From Pelagibacteraceae bacterium (lineage in GTDB: Bacteria > Pseudomonadota > Alphaproteobacteria > Pelagibacterales > Pelagibacteraceae), in assembly GCA_008638125.1 (NCBI GenBank), contig VTPM01000001.1:8012-72011 (forward strand): a stretch of 64,000 nt of DNA, given 5' to 3'. Under the pieces are notes generated by a model, which had not been told where the DNA came from, ran no database searches, and saw nothing but the letters and a program-made list of their open reading frames with translations. How positions within the stretch are numbered: position 1 is the stretch's first letter; every line of letters begins with the position of its first letter. The translations under genes and the position numbers were made by a program. Below are positions 29,244-39,675 of the stretch, one piece after another.

Positions 29244-30034
29244 GTTTTATTATCTTCATACATTTTAGTAATATTAAAATAATCTATGTTAGATAATTCA
29301 TTGGGTCTTGATTTTAAACTAATTTTAAGAATTGATGAAATTTTTTCATAATCTTTAAATAAATTTTTAAATGCTTTATTTACCATTTTTCTTTTCATTG
29401 AAAAAAAAAGATGAGTAATTTTTTCTAAATTATTAATATCTTTCGCTTTAAAACTATCATTTAAAAATGGTTCTAAAACTAAAACTTTTGAAATAATTTT
29501 TGGAATTGGCCTAAAACTATTAGGCGATACTTGAAAGCTATCTGTTATCCTTAGTCTTGAAGAAGTAATTACACTTATTCTACCAAATTCTTTAGACTCG
29601 GATTTAGCTATAATCTTATCAGCCACTTCTTTTTGAAACATTAAGACTAATTTCTCATAATGAGGGAGCCATTTTTTAAATTTTATCAACTTTACTAATA
29701 TTTGTGAGGAAATGTTGTATGGCAGATTACCTATAATAACTGTATTTTTTTTTAAGTTCTTTTCAATATCAAATTTTAATATGTCTTCATTGAACACTTT
29801 AATATTTTTAAAGTGTTTGAATCTTTCTCTTAGATTATTTGAAAGAATATAATCTTTTTCAATTAAAATTAAACTTTTTGGTTTTTTCTCTAAAATTTTT
29901 AAAGTTAAATTACCTGTTCCAGGGCCAATCTCTAAAATATTTTTGTTATAAACATCAGCAGAATTAATGATTTTATCAATTATATTATTATCTACTAAAA
30001 AGTTTTGCCCTAAAGACTTTTTAGCTTTAATCAT
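29240..30034 (-). CDS. rsmA: 16S rRNA m6,2A dimethyltransferase KsgA
   Basis: AKKSLGQNFL, EIGPGTGNLT, GNLPYNIS, MFQKEVA. Confidence 0.97.
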   Translation of the reverse strand: MIKAKKSLGQNFLVDNNIIDKIINSADVYNKNILEIGPGTGNLTLKILEKKPKSLILIEKDYILSNNLRERFKHFKNIKVFNEDILKFDIEKNLKKNTVIIGNLPYNISSQILVKLIKFKKWLPHYEKLVLMFQKEVADKIIAKSESKEFGRISVITSSRLRITDSFQVSPNSFRPIPKIISKVLVLEPFLNDSFKAKDINNLEKITHLFFSMKRKMVNKAFKNLFKDYEKISSILKISLKSRPNELSNIDYFNITKMYEDNKT

Positions 30035-30039
30035 AAATT

Positions 30040-30972
30040 TTAGATTTCATTCAAAAATTTTATTGCAGAAATCAAACTTTGTGGCGTAGCTATATTTTTA
30101 CCTATCAGATCAGATGCGGTTCCATGATCAGGAGAAACTCTTAGGTATTTTAAGCCTAGTGTAATATTTATTGCATCAAATTCATATAATGTTTTAAAAG
30201 GAGCTAACACCTGATCATGATACATACCGACAATAACGTCAAAATTTTTTCTATTTTTTTTCATAAAAATTGTGTCGCTAGAGTATGGTCCACTAATATT
30301 AATCTTTTTTTTTTTTAAATAAATAATAGCAGGTTTTACTATTCTATTTTCAACGGAGTCTGATTTGTTTTCACTATTATGTGGGTTTAATCCTAGTAAG
30401 GCAATTCGTGGATTTTTCTTAAAAGTTTTTTTATAATTTTCAGATAAACTTAAAATCTTATTTTTAATTAGAGAAAATGTAATATTTTTGAAAATATCTT
30501 TGATTTCAAGATGAGTGGTTAAAGGAACAACAGATAATTTTTTATTATAAATTAGCATAATCTCTTTATTTTTAACCTTATTCTTGTAAGCTAAATATTC
30601 AGTAACTCCCAAAAAGTTTTTTCCCAAAACATTCTTATTAATTGGAGCGGTAATAAATCCTTTAATTTTTCCTTTTAATGAAAATTTATGAGCTAGATCA
30701 ATACAATCAAGAATATATTTTCTTTTAGAAATTGAAGAATTTGAAATCTTAACATCAAGAATATTTAACTTAAATTTTTTAAACTCTTTTAATTCCCTAA
30801 TTAAATTTAAAGGTAAATTAAAATTCAATTTATTAAATTGATTTTTAAGTAAACTGTAATTTCCAATAATTAATAACTTATTTTTAAATCGAATTTTATT
30901 CCAAGTTTTTGCAATAATTTCACTGTTAATGCTTTCAGGTTCACCTGCGGTAATAGCAATCAAATTTTTCAT
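30040..30972 (-). CDS. pdxA: 4-hydroxythreonine-4-phosphate dehydrogenase
   Basis: TAPINK, LGLNPH, MYHDQ.L.P.K, NITLGL.YLRVSPDHGTA. Confidence 0.94.
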   Translation of the reverse strand: MKNLIAITAGEPESINSEIIAKTWNKIRFKNKLLIIGNYSLLKNQFNKLNFNLPLNLIRELKEFKKFKLNILDVKISNSSISKRKYILDCIDLAHKFSLKGKIKGFITAPINKNVLGKNFLGVTEYLAYKNKVKNKEIMLIYNKKLSVVPLTTHLEIKDIFKNITFSLIKNKILSLSENYKKTFKKNPRIALLGLNPHNSENKSDSVENRIVKPAIIYLKKKKINISGPYSSDTIFMKKNRKNFDVIVGMYHDQVLAPFKTLYEFDAINITLGLKYLRVSPDHGTASDLIGKNIATPQSLISAIKFLNEI

Positions 30973-31598
30973 TTAAATTCTATGTTGGTTGAGTTTTCTA
31001 AGTTAGAAAAATGTGATCTAGAGAATAAATTTAGCTTTTCTTGTTTCTTTGTATTAATTATCTGCTTTTTTATTTCCTCAGGATCTAAATCAGCTTTATC
31101 GTTTTTAATTTTTTCCAATTCATTTTCAACCTCAATAATATTTATATTTGTTTGATTGCTATAAATTCTAAAAATCAATGTATTCCAAAGTAATTCAGTT
31201 TCATAATTATAAACAAAAGTGTCATAATCTATATTATTCGTTTCAAACAATTTTTTTAATCCACTAGAATTTGTTTCAAATAAATTTGAAATATTTGTTA
31301 AATATTTTTGTAAATCATTTTTGTTATAATCTGTAATTTGATATTTTGTAATTTCAATTCTCTTTATTTTCTTGTTAATTAAATTTTTAATGGCTAAATT
31401 TTTTGAAGCATCAATATTTTCTTGATTTATATCTATTTTATTAACAATTAAACTTGTCAGAATTTCATTTCTTAAATCAAGAGAAGTAATAATTTCATTT
31501 CCAACTTTAACTAAAATTGAATTTTTTATTTCCGCATTAGAGAAAGGCAAAAAACTTAGGGCAAATGCAAAAATTAAAAAAACTATTTTTATTTTCAT
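30969..31598 (-). CDS. surA: Minimal SurA-like periplasmic chaperone (core domain only)
   Basis: Signal peptide, ILVKVGNEIITSLD SurA-N start, position between lptD and pdxA. No parvulin domain is visible. Confidence 0.75.
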   Translation of the reverse strand: MKIKIVFLIFAFALSFLPFSNAEIKNSILVKVGNEIITSLDLRNEILTSLIVNKIDINQENIDASKNLAIKNLINKKIKRIEITKYQITDYNKNDLQKYLTNISNLFETNSSGLKKLFETNNIDYDTFVYNYETELLWNTLIFRIYSNQTNINIIEVENELEKIKNDKADLDPEEIKKQIINTKKQEKLNLFSRSHFSNLENSTNIEFK

Positions 31599-33934
31599 TA
31601 TCTTGAAATTGAAGGACTATTGATCTCTGCAAATGGAATTATAGAAATAGTAAACATCAGTCGGTTTTCAGGTTCAACATCTCTATCGGTATAAAATTCT
31701 CTACGATATGTAATACCAGCCTTTAAACAATCATTAAAATAATTATAACTTAAATTATAAAATTCTGCTGAATTTGTTATTAAGTTTCTTTTTGAAGAAA
31801 AGTCTAATTCTGAAAAATTATTTAATTTATAATTTATACCAGCACTTATTAAATCTTGATTGCCTATATGATTTTTTTCTTGCAGATAACTAAGATTAAA
31901 TTTCACACTTTCTAGATTATATTCTGCTGCTATTTCATTATAGTTTAGTTCTTTATAATTATGATCTAATGAAAAATTATAATTTAGTTTAACTTTATCA
32001 TTAATATTGTAATTAGCTTTTCCCACTACATCAGATAGTTTCTGGTCTAATGATGTGCTAGACGGAATATCCATATTTTCTTTTTGACTAATAACTTGCC
32101 CGATTGAAAAAGAAAGTTGTTCTTCCTCAATGTTATTATTGTTAATTTTATTTTGTTTGAATTCTAAACCTATTGAAGAACTTAAACCGTTTTCTATAAC
32201 ATCGCTTTCATCAACTTTATTTAATTGATATAAATTATCATAATTAAGCCTTCCACCTTCAATATTCCTCATATGTCCAGGTGCATAACGAAGTAAAAAT
32301 TTTGGCGTTAAAGAATAAAGTTTTGAGTTTTCATTATTTTTTTTAAATAGATTTAATTTTGCATTGTAACCAAAAACACTATTTAATTCAGAATTTAACT
32401 TCGAATTTTTATATTCAGTAGTTTTTTTGGTTTCATAATTTACTGTTTTTACTAATGCATTAAAATAACTCTCAAATCCAAATTTATTTAACCAAGAATT
32501 TGATTTCCAATTTAAATCATTTATAAAAAAATTAGCTTGTTTGTTTGTTTCATAATTTCTCAAATTTAGATTTGAAGTTAGATCTAAAAAACCTAATTTT
32601 TCACTAGTAAACAAATTTTTTTCTATTGATAGGGGTAATAAATACTCATTACGTAAATTACCAAATTTAGTGGTATCTTCGTAAAAACTTGGAGTTATTC
32701 CTAAAAAAAAATCTTTATTCTGATAAGTGTAGCTTAAGGTATTTGCTAAAATATTTTGATCTTTTTGAACAAGCTCAGTGTTTATATCGTGAACCTTAAA
32801 ATAAGTATCGTTATTCACTTTTTGTAAATTAATTTCTAAATCACTACTTTTTTCATTATCATCAAAAAAATTTAAATTAAATTTTGAAAAAAAATGATTT
32901 CTACCGCCATCACTTTTTTTATTATCTTTTTTTTTAAAACCCTGGGTGTAGCTAGTATCTAAAATTAGAAAAGAATTTTTAAAATCTTGTCTGTATTCTG
33001 CAAGAATTAAAGGGTTCTCTTTTAAATAAAATTTTGGCGTTATGGTCAAATCTCTATCATTAGATATATTCCAAAAGTATGGTAATTTAAGTCCTGAACC
33101 TAGTGTGCTACTATTAGACAAAGATGGTGCTAATAATCCAGATCTTCTATCTACCGTAGGATCGGGATGTGAAAATTTTGGAGAGTAAAAAATTGGAAAA
33201 TCATATATTTTTAAAACAACATTATCATAATAAATTGTTTTTTTTTCTAAATCGTGTTTTATTTTATTGGATTGAAGAGTCCAAGGAGGGCAACTGTCAT
33301 CACCTTTGTCTTTACAATAAGTAAAAATACCTTTGTCCATTGAATTTATTTTGTTCGATAAATAAATTGTGTTAGCAAAAAAGCGTGGATCATTTTCATT
33401 ATTTATAGCAAAATCATTCTTATTTAAAAAAGCTTTTACATCTGATCCAATAACTGTTTGCTTAGTTTCATCAATATAAATCTCTGAAAAATTATAAATA
33501 TTTTGATTGATATCTATTATCTTAATATTTCCTTTTGAAAAAAAAATGTTAGTTTTTGCTGAATAGCTAAAATTATCAAGATTAATTTTATTTCCATCTA
33601 TATCTATAATCTCTGTTTTAAATTTTGAATTAATTATTTTTTTTTTATTATCAAACTCAATATTTGCTGTTGAAACTTTGTAACCATTAGAAGTTATTAT
33701 TTTTGTTTCACCATTAGTTTGAAAAAAATCTAATTTCTTATTGTAAGTAGCTATTTCAGAAAAAAAAGTATTTTGCTTATCATCCTTTGCATTTACATTT
33801 CCTTCAAAAATTGTAACCTGATTTTCAGCATCAAAACTAATTTTTGAAGAATTAACTTCTATTTCTTGTGAACTCAAATTATTTGAATACAAAAAAAATA
33901 TTGATAAAAAAAAAATTGATAATTTATTTCTCAT
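31598..33934 (-). CDS. lptD: LPS assembly protein LptD
   Basis: FTYC...CPPW, PIFYSP.FSHPDPTVDRRSGLL.P, PYFWNI, Y.NDC near the C-terminus. Confidence 0.93.
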   Translation of the reverse strand: MRNKLSIFFLSIFFLYSNNLSSQEIEVNSSKISFDAENQVTIFEGNVNAKDDKQNTFFSEIATYNKKLDFFQTNGETKIITSNGYKVSTANIEFDNKKKIINSKFKTEIIDIDGNKINLDNFSYSAKTNIFFSKGNIKIIDINQNIYNFSEIYIDETKQTVIGSDVKAFLNKNDFAINNENDPRFFANTIYLSNKINSMDKGIFTYCKDKGDDSCPPWTLQSNKIKHDLEKKTIYYDNVVLKIYDFPIFYSPKFSHPDPTVDRRSGLLAPSLSNSSTLGSGLKLPYFWNISNDRDLTITPKFYLKENPLILAEYRQDFKNSFLILDTSYTQGFKKKDNKKSDGGRNHFFSKFNLNFFDDNEKSSDLEINLQKVNNDTYFKVHDINTELVQKDQNILANTLSYTYQNKDFFLGITPSFYEDTTKFGNLRNEYLLPLSIEKNLFTSEKLGFLDLTSNLNLRNYETNKQANFFINDLNWKSNSWLNKFGFESYFNALVKTVNYETKKTTEYKNSKLNSELNSVFGYNAKLNLFKKNNENSKLYSLTPKFLLRYAPGHMRNIEGGRLNYDNLYQLNKVDESDVIENGLSSSIGLEFKQNKINNNNIEEEQLSFSIGQVISQKENMDIPSSTSLDQKLSDVVGKANYNINDKVKLNYNFSLDHNYKELNYNEIAAEYNLESVKFNLSYLQEKNHIGNQDLISAGINYKLNNFSELDFSSKRNLITNSAEFYNLSYNYFNDCLKAGITYRREFYTDRDVEPENRLMFTISIIPFAEINSPSISR

Positions 33935-35006
33935 TTATTTGTATTATTCCAATTGAGCAAAATAAACCTATAAGTATTACTGGCATCCATATAGACAATG
34001 TTATGCTTATTTTTCCAGTTTGTCCTAAAGCAGAGGATAAATCTTTAAAATAATAAATAATTACACATATTAGTATCGAGACTATTAAGTAAAAGTAATT
34101 TGCCTTATTATTTAACGTCCCAATGGTAAAAATAGATGCTAGTACAATCATTAGAAACAAGTTGATTGGCATTGAAATAAACTTATGAATTTGTTCATTT
34201 AATATTTTTTTTGAATACCCTTTGTCTAAGAGAAGATTATAATTTTTAATTAATTCTAAAAAAGATATTGTATTTAAATTTTTATATAAAGTATTAATAT
34301 CTGAATATGTTCTATTGGTATTAAATTCTAAATTATCAGATACATCATAATTTCCATTTTCAAAATTATTAATTGTAACGTTTTTTAGCTTCCAAGGACT
34401 CTGAGATATATCAGCAGAGTCTGCATTAATTCTACTTATCATTCTATTTTGTAAATCAAATTCATAAATTGATACGCCCAATAAGTTTTCAGCTTTTAAA
34501 TTTTCTCCATGTATAATTAAAAAATTATTTTTGTTATATTCTTTTATCCATAATCCATTTTTGTTGATGGAAACCAAGTGATCAACATCTCTAGAATATT
34601 TAGCTTTTGTGATCTCATAAGATTTAATTAGAGATGATGTAATTGGATTTATTAATATTAAAAAAAGAATTCCTAAAATCAATGAAAATGCCGAGAGTAT
34701 AAATATCAACTTTAAATTTGAATATCCAAATATCTTAAATGATAATAAATTTTTATTTGTTCTTATTTTAATAAAATAAAATACTGCTGATAAAAAAATA
34801 ATGAATGGTAATAAATCAAAAATAAAGGATGGAACAACAGATAAAGAAAGCAAAAGGGGAAGTATTAATGATTGATCTAAGTTTTTAAAAAATTCAATCT
34901 CTTCAAATAAATTTATTAAGACACCTAAAGAAAAAAAAATTAGAATTGTATTAATAAAAATCTTAAAATAACTTATGAGTAAATATTTATTGATAATACT
35001 GTTCAT
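33924..35006 (-). CDS. lptG: LPS export permease LptG
   Basis: YjgP/YjgQ-type 3+3 TM topology; second gene of the lptFG-lptD cluster. Confidence 0.82.
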   Translation of the reverse strand: MNSIINKYLLISYFKIFINTILIFFSLGVLINLFEEIEFFKNLDQSLILPLLLSLSVVPSFIFDLLPFIIFLSAVFYFIKIRTNKNLLSFKIFGYSNLKLIFILSAFSLILGILFLILINPITSSLIKSYEITKAKYSRDVDHLVSINKNGLWIKEYNKNNFLIIHGENLKAENLLGVSIYEFDLQNRMISRINADSADISQSPWKLKNVTINNFENGNYDVSDNLEFNTNRTYSDINTLYKNLNTISFLELIKNYNLLLDKGYSKKILNEQIHKFISMPINLFLMIVLASIFTIGTLNNKANYFYLIVSILICVIIYYFKDLSSALGQTGKISITLSIWMPVILIGLFCSIGIIQINEK

Positions 35007-36142
35007 CTAATAATTTTTTCTAAGAAAAGATTTTTAATTAATAATAAATAAATTACTAAAGACATAAACAGTGGTGTTAAAAAATAAATTAAAGCGTACT
35101 TAGGTGAAATACCACTAAATCTACCTAATATTTCAGTAAAAATAAGTATTAAAAAAACAACAGTAAATAAAAAATATTTTTTTAAAAAAATAAATTTTTT
35201 TTCTTTTTTATAAATTAATAGAAAAGAGATTATAATAGAAATTAATGGAATATATAAAGGTGATGCTATTCTTCTTGAAATCGTTTCAAGGGCAATTTCA
35301 TAATTTTTTTCATAAGGACAAATACTTAAATAATTTGTTTTATCCTTAACAAAACAACTAATTAAAGCTAAGGAAGACGTTTCTTGAATTTTAGGTTGTA
35401 TTATCGTTCTGGAATTAAAATTTTCTATGCTTAATTCTGTTCTTTCAAAATTTATGTTTTTAATTTCTTTTTTTTTATTAAGTGTTTGTATTAGACCATC
35501 GTTTAAAATTAATTTTTGATCTCTTATGATGCCTTTTTTTGCAACAATAGTTGTATTAGTTGAGTCACCAATTTCATTAAGCATAGTCTGAAGACTTCCA
35601 TTATTATCTTGAATAAATATATTTATGAGTTCGTTATTTTTATTTTTTTCCTCTATGTAAAAAGTTACTGATTTAAACGCATCACTAAAATCATTACTTT
35701 TTAAAATTGAATTTATCTGTTTTGACTCAGTCTCTCTTAATAGTGCTCTTGATTTATTAAGCAGCGTTGGGTTAATTACTGTCGTTAGGATTAATTGAAA
35801 AATACAGATAATAAATCCAATAAATAAAAAAATATTAGCAATTTTAATTTTATTTAATCCATTGATCCATAGAATTAGAAGTTCCTGCTGTTTCTCAAAT
35901 TTAATTATTGAGATAATTAAGGCTAATAAAAATGAAAGAGAGACAAACCTTGATGCAATTGTTGTAATATTTAAAAGTGAATATTTTGCATAAATATTTA
36001 AAGAAAATCCATCTTCTATCATAAGGTCCAAAAAATTAACCGCTCTAACGGTCCATGCAATGAGTGTGAACGTTATAAGGATAGTTAAGAAGTTTTTTAT
36101 TATATCGATAAAGATATAATTATAAATTTTGTTTTTAAGCAT
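35003..36142 (-). CDS. lptF: LPS export permease LptF
   Basis: YjgP/YjgQ family (WTVRAVNFLDL, ELLILW..G); divergent from pepA. Confidence 0.82.
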   Translation of the reverse strand: MLKNKIYNYIFIDIIKNFLTILITFTLIAWTVRAVNFLDLMIEDGFSLNIYAKYSLLNITTIASRFVSLSFLLALIISIIKFEKQQELLILWINGLNKIKIANIFLFIGFIICIFQLILTTVINPTLLNKSRALLRETESKQINSILKSNDFSDAFKSVTFYIEEKNKNNELINIFIQDNNGSLQTMLNEIGDSTNTTIVAKKGIIRDQKLILNDGLIQTLNKKKEIKNINFERTELSIENFNSRTIIQPKIQETSSLALISCFVKDKTNYLSICPYEKNYEIALETISRRIASPLYIPLISIIISFLLIYKKEKKFIFLKKYFLFTVVFLILIFTEILGRFSGISPKYALIYFLTPLFMSLVIYLLLIKNLFLEKIIR

Positions 36143-36200
36143 CTAATTTTGATGTATATGTAATCCAACTTTTAAAAAAATACAATAAACTTGACCTATA

Positions 36201-37673
36201 ATGATTAATTATAACTCTAAATTTAATTCAAAAGCTGAAAATATTGCTTTTTTTATTTCAGAAGATTTAAATTTTAATAATAATTCTAAATTACCAAATA
36301 CATCTAATACAAAAATAATTAGTTTTTTAAAAAAAAATAAAAATCTTAAAGAAAAAAAAATATTTTCTTTTGATTTGAATGAAAATCAGAAATGTTATTT
36401 TGTTGTAATTAATAAAAAAATAAGTGTACACGAAATTAATGCTCTTGGAGCAAATTTTAAAAATTATATCAACTCTAATAAAAATATTAAGAATGTTAAT
36501 TTTTTTGGAAAATTAAATTTTAAAATAGAAAATATTTCAGAAGAAAAATTTATTAATGAATTTAGTTATGGATTTGAGCTTAAAAGTTATTCTTTTGAAA
36601 AGTATAAATCTAATAAAAAAGTAAATTTTCAAAATCTAGAAATATTCACTTCAAATCCAGCTAATTGTAAATTAAATTATAAATATTATTTAGCTGTAAA
36701 AGATGGTGTTTTTTTAGCGAGAGATCTTGTTTCTGAACCACCAAATGTTTTGAGTCCAAAAAAATATACCGAAGAAATAAAAAAACTTACAAAACTTGGT
36801 TTAAAAGTTGAAATTCTTAATGAAGCAAAAATGAAAAAATTAGGAATGAATGCTTTACTAGGTGTTGGACAGGGAAGTGAAAATGAGTCTTTTTTAGTTG
36901 TAGTTAAATGGAATGGTGCAAAAAATAATTTTGGTAAACCTTTAGCTTTTGTTGGTAAAGGTGTGTGTTTTGATACTGGTGGAATTTCATTAAAGCCCGC
37001 AAGATTTATGGAAGAAATGAAATATGATATGGGAGGATCAGCAGTAGTTATTGGATTAATGAAAAGCTTAGCTTTGAGAAAAGCAAAAGTTAATGCTGTT
37101 GGTGTTGTTGGTTTAGTTGAGAATATGCCCGATGGAAATGCTCAAAGACCTGGAGATATTGTAAAATCTTATTCGGGTAAAACTATTGAAGTTTTAAATA
37201 CTGATGCAGAAGGTAGATTGGTTTTAGCTGATGCATTAAGTTACACAGAAGAAAAATTTAAACCAAGATTTATAATTGATTTAGCAACTCTTACAGGGGC
37301 TATAATAATGGCTCTCGGAGAAGAGTATGCTGGATTGTTTTCAAATGATGACGAATTATCTAATGAGCTTCACCAAATAGGTAATGAGATAAATGAAAAA
37401 GTATGGAGATTACCACTACATAAAAACTATAATAAATTAATGGATTCAGCCTATGCTGATGTACAAAATATTAATTATGCTGGAGGTGCCGGGTCAATTA
37501 CTGCTGCTGAATTTTTGCAAAGATTTATATTAAAAGATACGCCTTGGGTGCATCTTGATATTGCAGGGATGGCATTTTCTAAGAAAGCAGCAAGTCTTAA
37601 TACTGGTGGTGCTACAGGCTACGGGGTAAGGCTTTTAAGCGAACTAATTAAAAGGAAATACGAAAAAAAATAA
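36201..37673 (+). CDS. pepA: Leucyl aminopeptidase (M17)
   Basis: VGKGVCFDTGGISLKP, MKYDMGG, NTDAEGRLVLADAL, DLATLTGA, WVHLDIAG. Confidence 0.98.
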   Translation: MINYNSKFNSKAENIAFFISEDLNFNNNSKLPNTSNTKIISFLKKNKNLKEKKIFSFDLNENQKCYFVVINKKISVHEINALGANFKNYINSNKNIKNVNFFGKLNFKIENISEEKFINEFSYGFELKSYSFEKYKSNKKVNFQNLEIFTSNPANCKLNYKYYLAVKDGVFLARDLVSEPPNVLSPKKYTEEIKKLTKLGLKVEILNEAKMKKLGMNALLGVGQGSENESFLVVVKWNGAKNNFGKPLAFVGKGVCFDTGGISLKPARFMEEMKYDMGGSAVVIGLMKSLALRKAKVNAVGVVGLVENMPDGNAQRPGDIVKSYSGKTIEVLNTDAEGRLVLADALSYTEEKFKPRFIIDLATLTGAIIMALGEEYAGLFSNDDELSNELHQIGNEINEKVWRLPLHKNYNKLMDSAYADVQNINYAGGAGSITAAEFLQRFILKDTPWVHLDIAGMAFSKKAASLNTGGATGYGVRLLSELIKRKYEKK

Positions 37674-38074
37674 TGGAACACACTTTATCTATAATTAAAC
37701 CAGATGCGGTTGAAAGAAATTTAACTGAAGAAATTAAATCTATTTTTACTAAAAATGGCTTAAAAATTATTAATAGTAAAAAAATCCATATTTCCAAAGA
37801 GGAAGCGGCTGAATTTTATAAAGTCCACCAATCAAAACCATTTTATAATGATTTATGTGCTTATTTATCATCTGGTCCAATATTTGTAATGGTTTTGGAG
37901 GGAGAGGACGCGGTTGCTAAGAATAGAAAATTGATGGGCGCTACCAATCCTAAAGATGCAGAACCTAATACTATTAGAAAGCTTTATGGTATTTCGATAG
38001 ATAAAAATTCGGTTCATGGTTCTGACTCAGTGGAAAACGCAAAAATTGAAATAGATTTTTTTTTTAAAAATTAG
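37673..38074 (+). CDS. ndk: Nucleoside diphosphate kinase
   Basis: TLSIIKPDAV, MGATNP, NSVHGSDS. Confidence 0.98.
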   Translation: MEHTLSIIKPDAVERNLTEEIKSIFTKNGLKIINSKKIHISKEEAAEFYKVHQSKPFYNDLCAYLSSGPIFVMVLEGEDAVAKNRKLMGATNPKDAEPNTIRKLYGISIDKNSVHGSDSVENAKIEIDFFFKN

Positions 38075-38631
38075 TTAGCAAAAATTTTATATATAGCTTC
38101 ACTGTAAGCTCGGTATTCCTGTTTTTGAACTTTAAATTTAAGTTTTTGGATATTATCCTTCGATTCAATTAAAACTTTTTTTTGTAAAATAATTTTACCA
38201 GAGTCTAATTTTTCGTTAACATAATGAATAGTACATCCAGTTATTTTATCTTTTGATTTTAAAACTCTATTAAAAGTATCAAGACCTTTGTATTTTGGTA
38301 ATAGAGAAGGATGAATATTTAGAATTTTTTTTTTAAATCTTGAAATAAAACTTTTGCTTAAAATTTTCATATAGCCGGCTAAGCAAATTAAAGAAATATT
38401 TTTATTTTTTAATTTATTTATAAACATTTCAAATTTAAGTTTGTTATTTAAATTTATAATGTCACAAGGTATTCCATAAAGTTTACCGTATTTAAGGCCC
38501 TTAGCTTTTTTGGTATTACTTACAATGTATGAAATATTTATAGGAAAATTATAATTTCTAGAATTATTAATTAAAGCTTTAAGATTTGTCCCAGATCCTG
38601 AAATAAAAACACAGGCTTTTTTTTTTACCAT
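38071..38631 (-). CDS. purN: Phosphoribosylglycinamide formyltransferase
   Basis: ISGSGTNL, CLAGYMKILS, NIHPSLLPKYKG, GCTIHYV..LDSG. Confidence 0.97.
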   Translation of the reverse strand: MVKKKACVFISGSGTNLKALINNSRNYNFPINISYIVSNTKKAKGLKYGKLYGIPCDIINLNNKLKFEMFINKLKNKNISLICLAGYMKILSKSFISRFKKKILNIHPSLLPKYKGLDTFNRVLKSKDKITGCTIHYVNEKLDSGKIILQKKVLIESKDNIQKLKFKVQKQEYRAYSEAIYKIFAN

Positions 38632-39653
38632 TTAATTGAATTAATTACTCGAATATTAGTTTTATTTTTTGAAATATATCCAATTTCATAAGGCATATAT
38701 TCCTTTGAAAAAAATTTTTTAATTTCTTTAATGTTTTGTTTTTTTGCTATTAAACAAAAACCCACTCCACAATTAAAAGTTTTTAACATTTCTTTGTCGG
38801 AAATATTATTGGATTTTATCCATTTAAAAATTCTTTTTGTTTTAATTTTAGCAAGATCTAAATTTAAGCATAAATTTTTAGGAATAGATCTGCTAATATT
38901 ATCAATTAAACCTCCGCCAGTTATATGAGCAGCACTATTAATTAAATTTTTTTTCGTTAAAGACAAAACTTCTTTTGTATAAATTTTTGTAGGTTTTAAT
39001 AAATCTTTTTTTAGTTTATTTGTAATTACTTTATTTTTTAAAACAGATCTTACTAAAGAATATCCATTTGAGTGTATCCCGCTTGAAGGAATTGCTAAAA
39101 TTACATCTTTTTCTTTAACCCTATGTTTACCAAGTAATTTTTTCTTAGAAACAATACCAACTGAAAATCCAGCAAGATCAAACTTATCTTTATCATAGAT
39201 ACCTGGCATTTCTGCAGTCTCACCACCAACCAAACTACAGTCTGAGATATCACAACCTTTAACTATGCCATTTATAATTTTTTTCATTTTATTAAATTTA
39301 ATTTTTCCAACAGCTATATAGTCTAAAAAAAATAATGGTTTTGCCCCTTGTACAATTAAATCATTAACGCACATTGCAACCAAATCTATTCCTATAGTGT
39401 CAAATTTATTGAATTTATTTGCTAAGTCTAATTTTGTACCTACACCATCTGTACTTGAGACTATTAAAGGGTCTTTAATTTTAATTTTACTGATGTCAAA
39501 AGTTGAGCCAAAAGCTCCAATATTATCTTCGTTTAAGTATTTTTTCTTTTTTTGGACATTTTTTTTTGAAATATTTGCAATATAATTAACAAAACGATCA
39601 GCTAACTTAATATTAACCCCGCTTTTTTTATAGGTATTTTTTGTTGTTTGCAT
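38625..39653 (-). CDS. purM: AIR synthetase
   Basis: YKKSGVNI, TDGVGTK, DLVAMCVND, GGETAEMPG, SSGIHSNGYSL, HITGGG. Confidence 0.98.
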   Translation of the reverse strand: MQTTKNTYKKSGVNIKLADRFVNYIANISKKNVQKKKKYLNEDNIGAFGSTFDISKIKIKDPLIVSSTDGVGTKLDLANKFNKFDTIGIDLVAMCVNDLIVQGAKPLFFLDYIAVGKIKFNKMKKIINGIVKGCDISDCSLVGGETAEMPGIYDKDKFDLAGFSVGIVSKKKLLGKHRVKEKDVILAIPSSGIHSNGYSLVRSVLKNKVITNKLKKDLLKPTKIYTKEVLSLTKKNLINSAAHITGGGLIDNISRSIPKNLCLNLDLAKIKTKRIFKWIKSNNISDKEMLKTFNCGVGFCLIAKKQNIKEIKKFFSKEYMPYEIGYISKNKTNIRVINSIKW

Positions 39654-39675
39654 AACTAAATGATAATTACTAAAA

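Noticed and set aside
30305-30316. Twelve-T homopolymer in pdxA as a phase-variation tract
   Set aside because: It encodes an in-frame Lys run in an intact housekeeping gene, and long A/T runs are frequent throughout the window.
36191-36202. TTGACC immediately followed by TATAAT before pepA
   Set aside because: The two hexamers have no spacer and the second overlaps the start codon, so they cannot form one sigma70 promoter.
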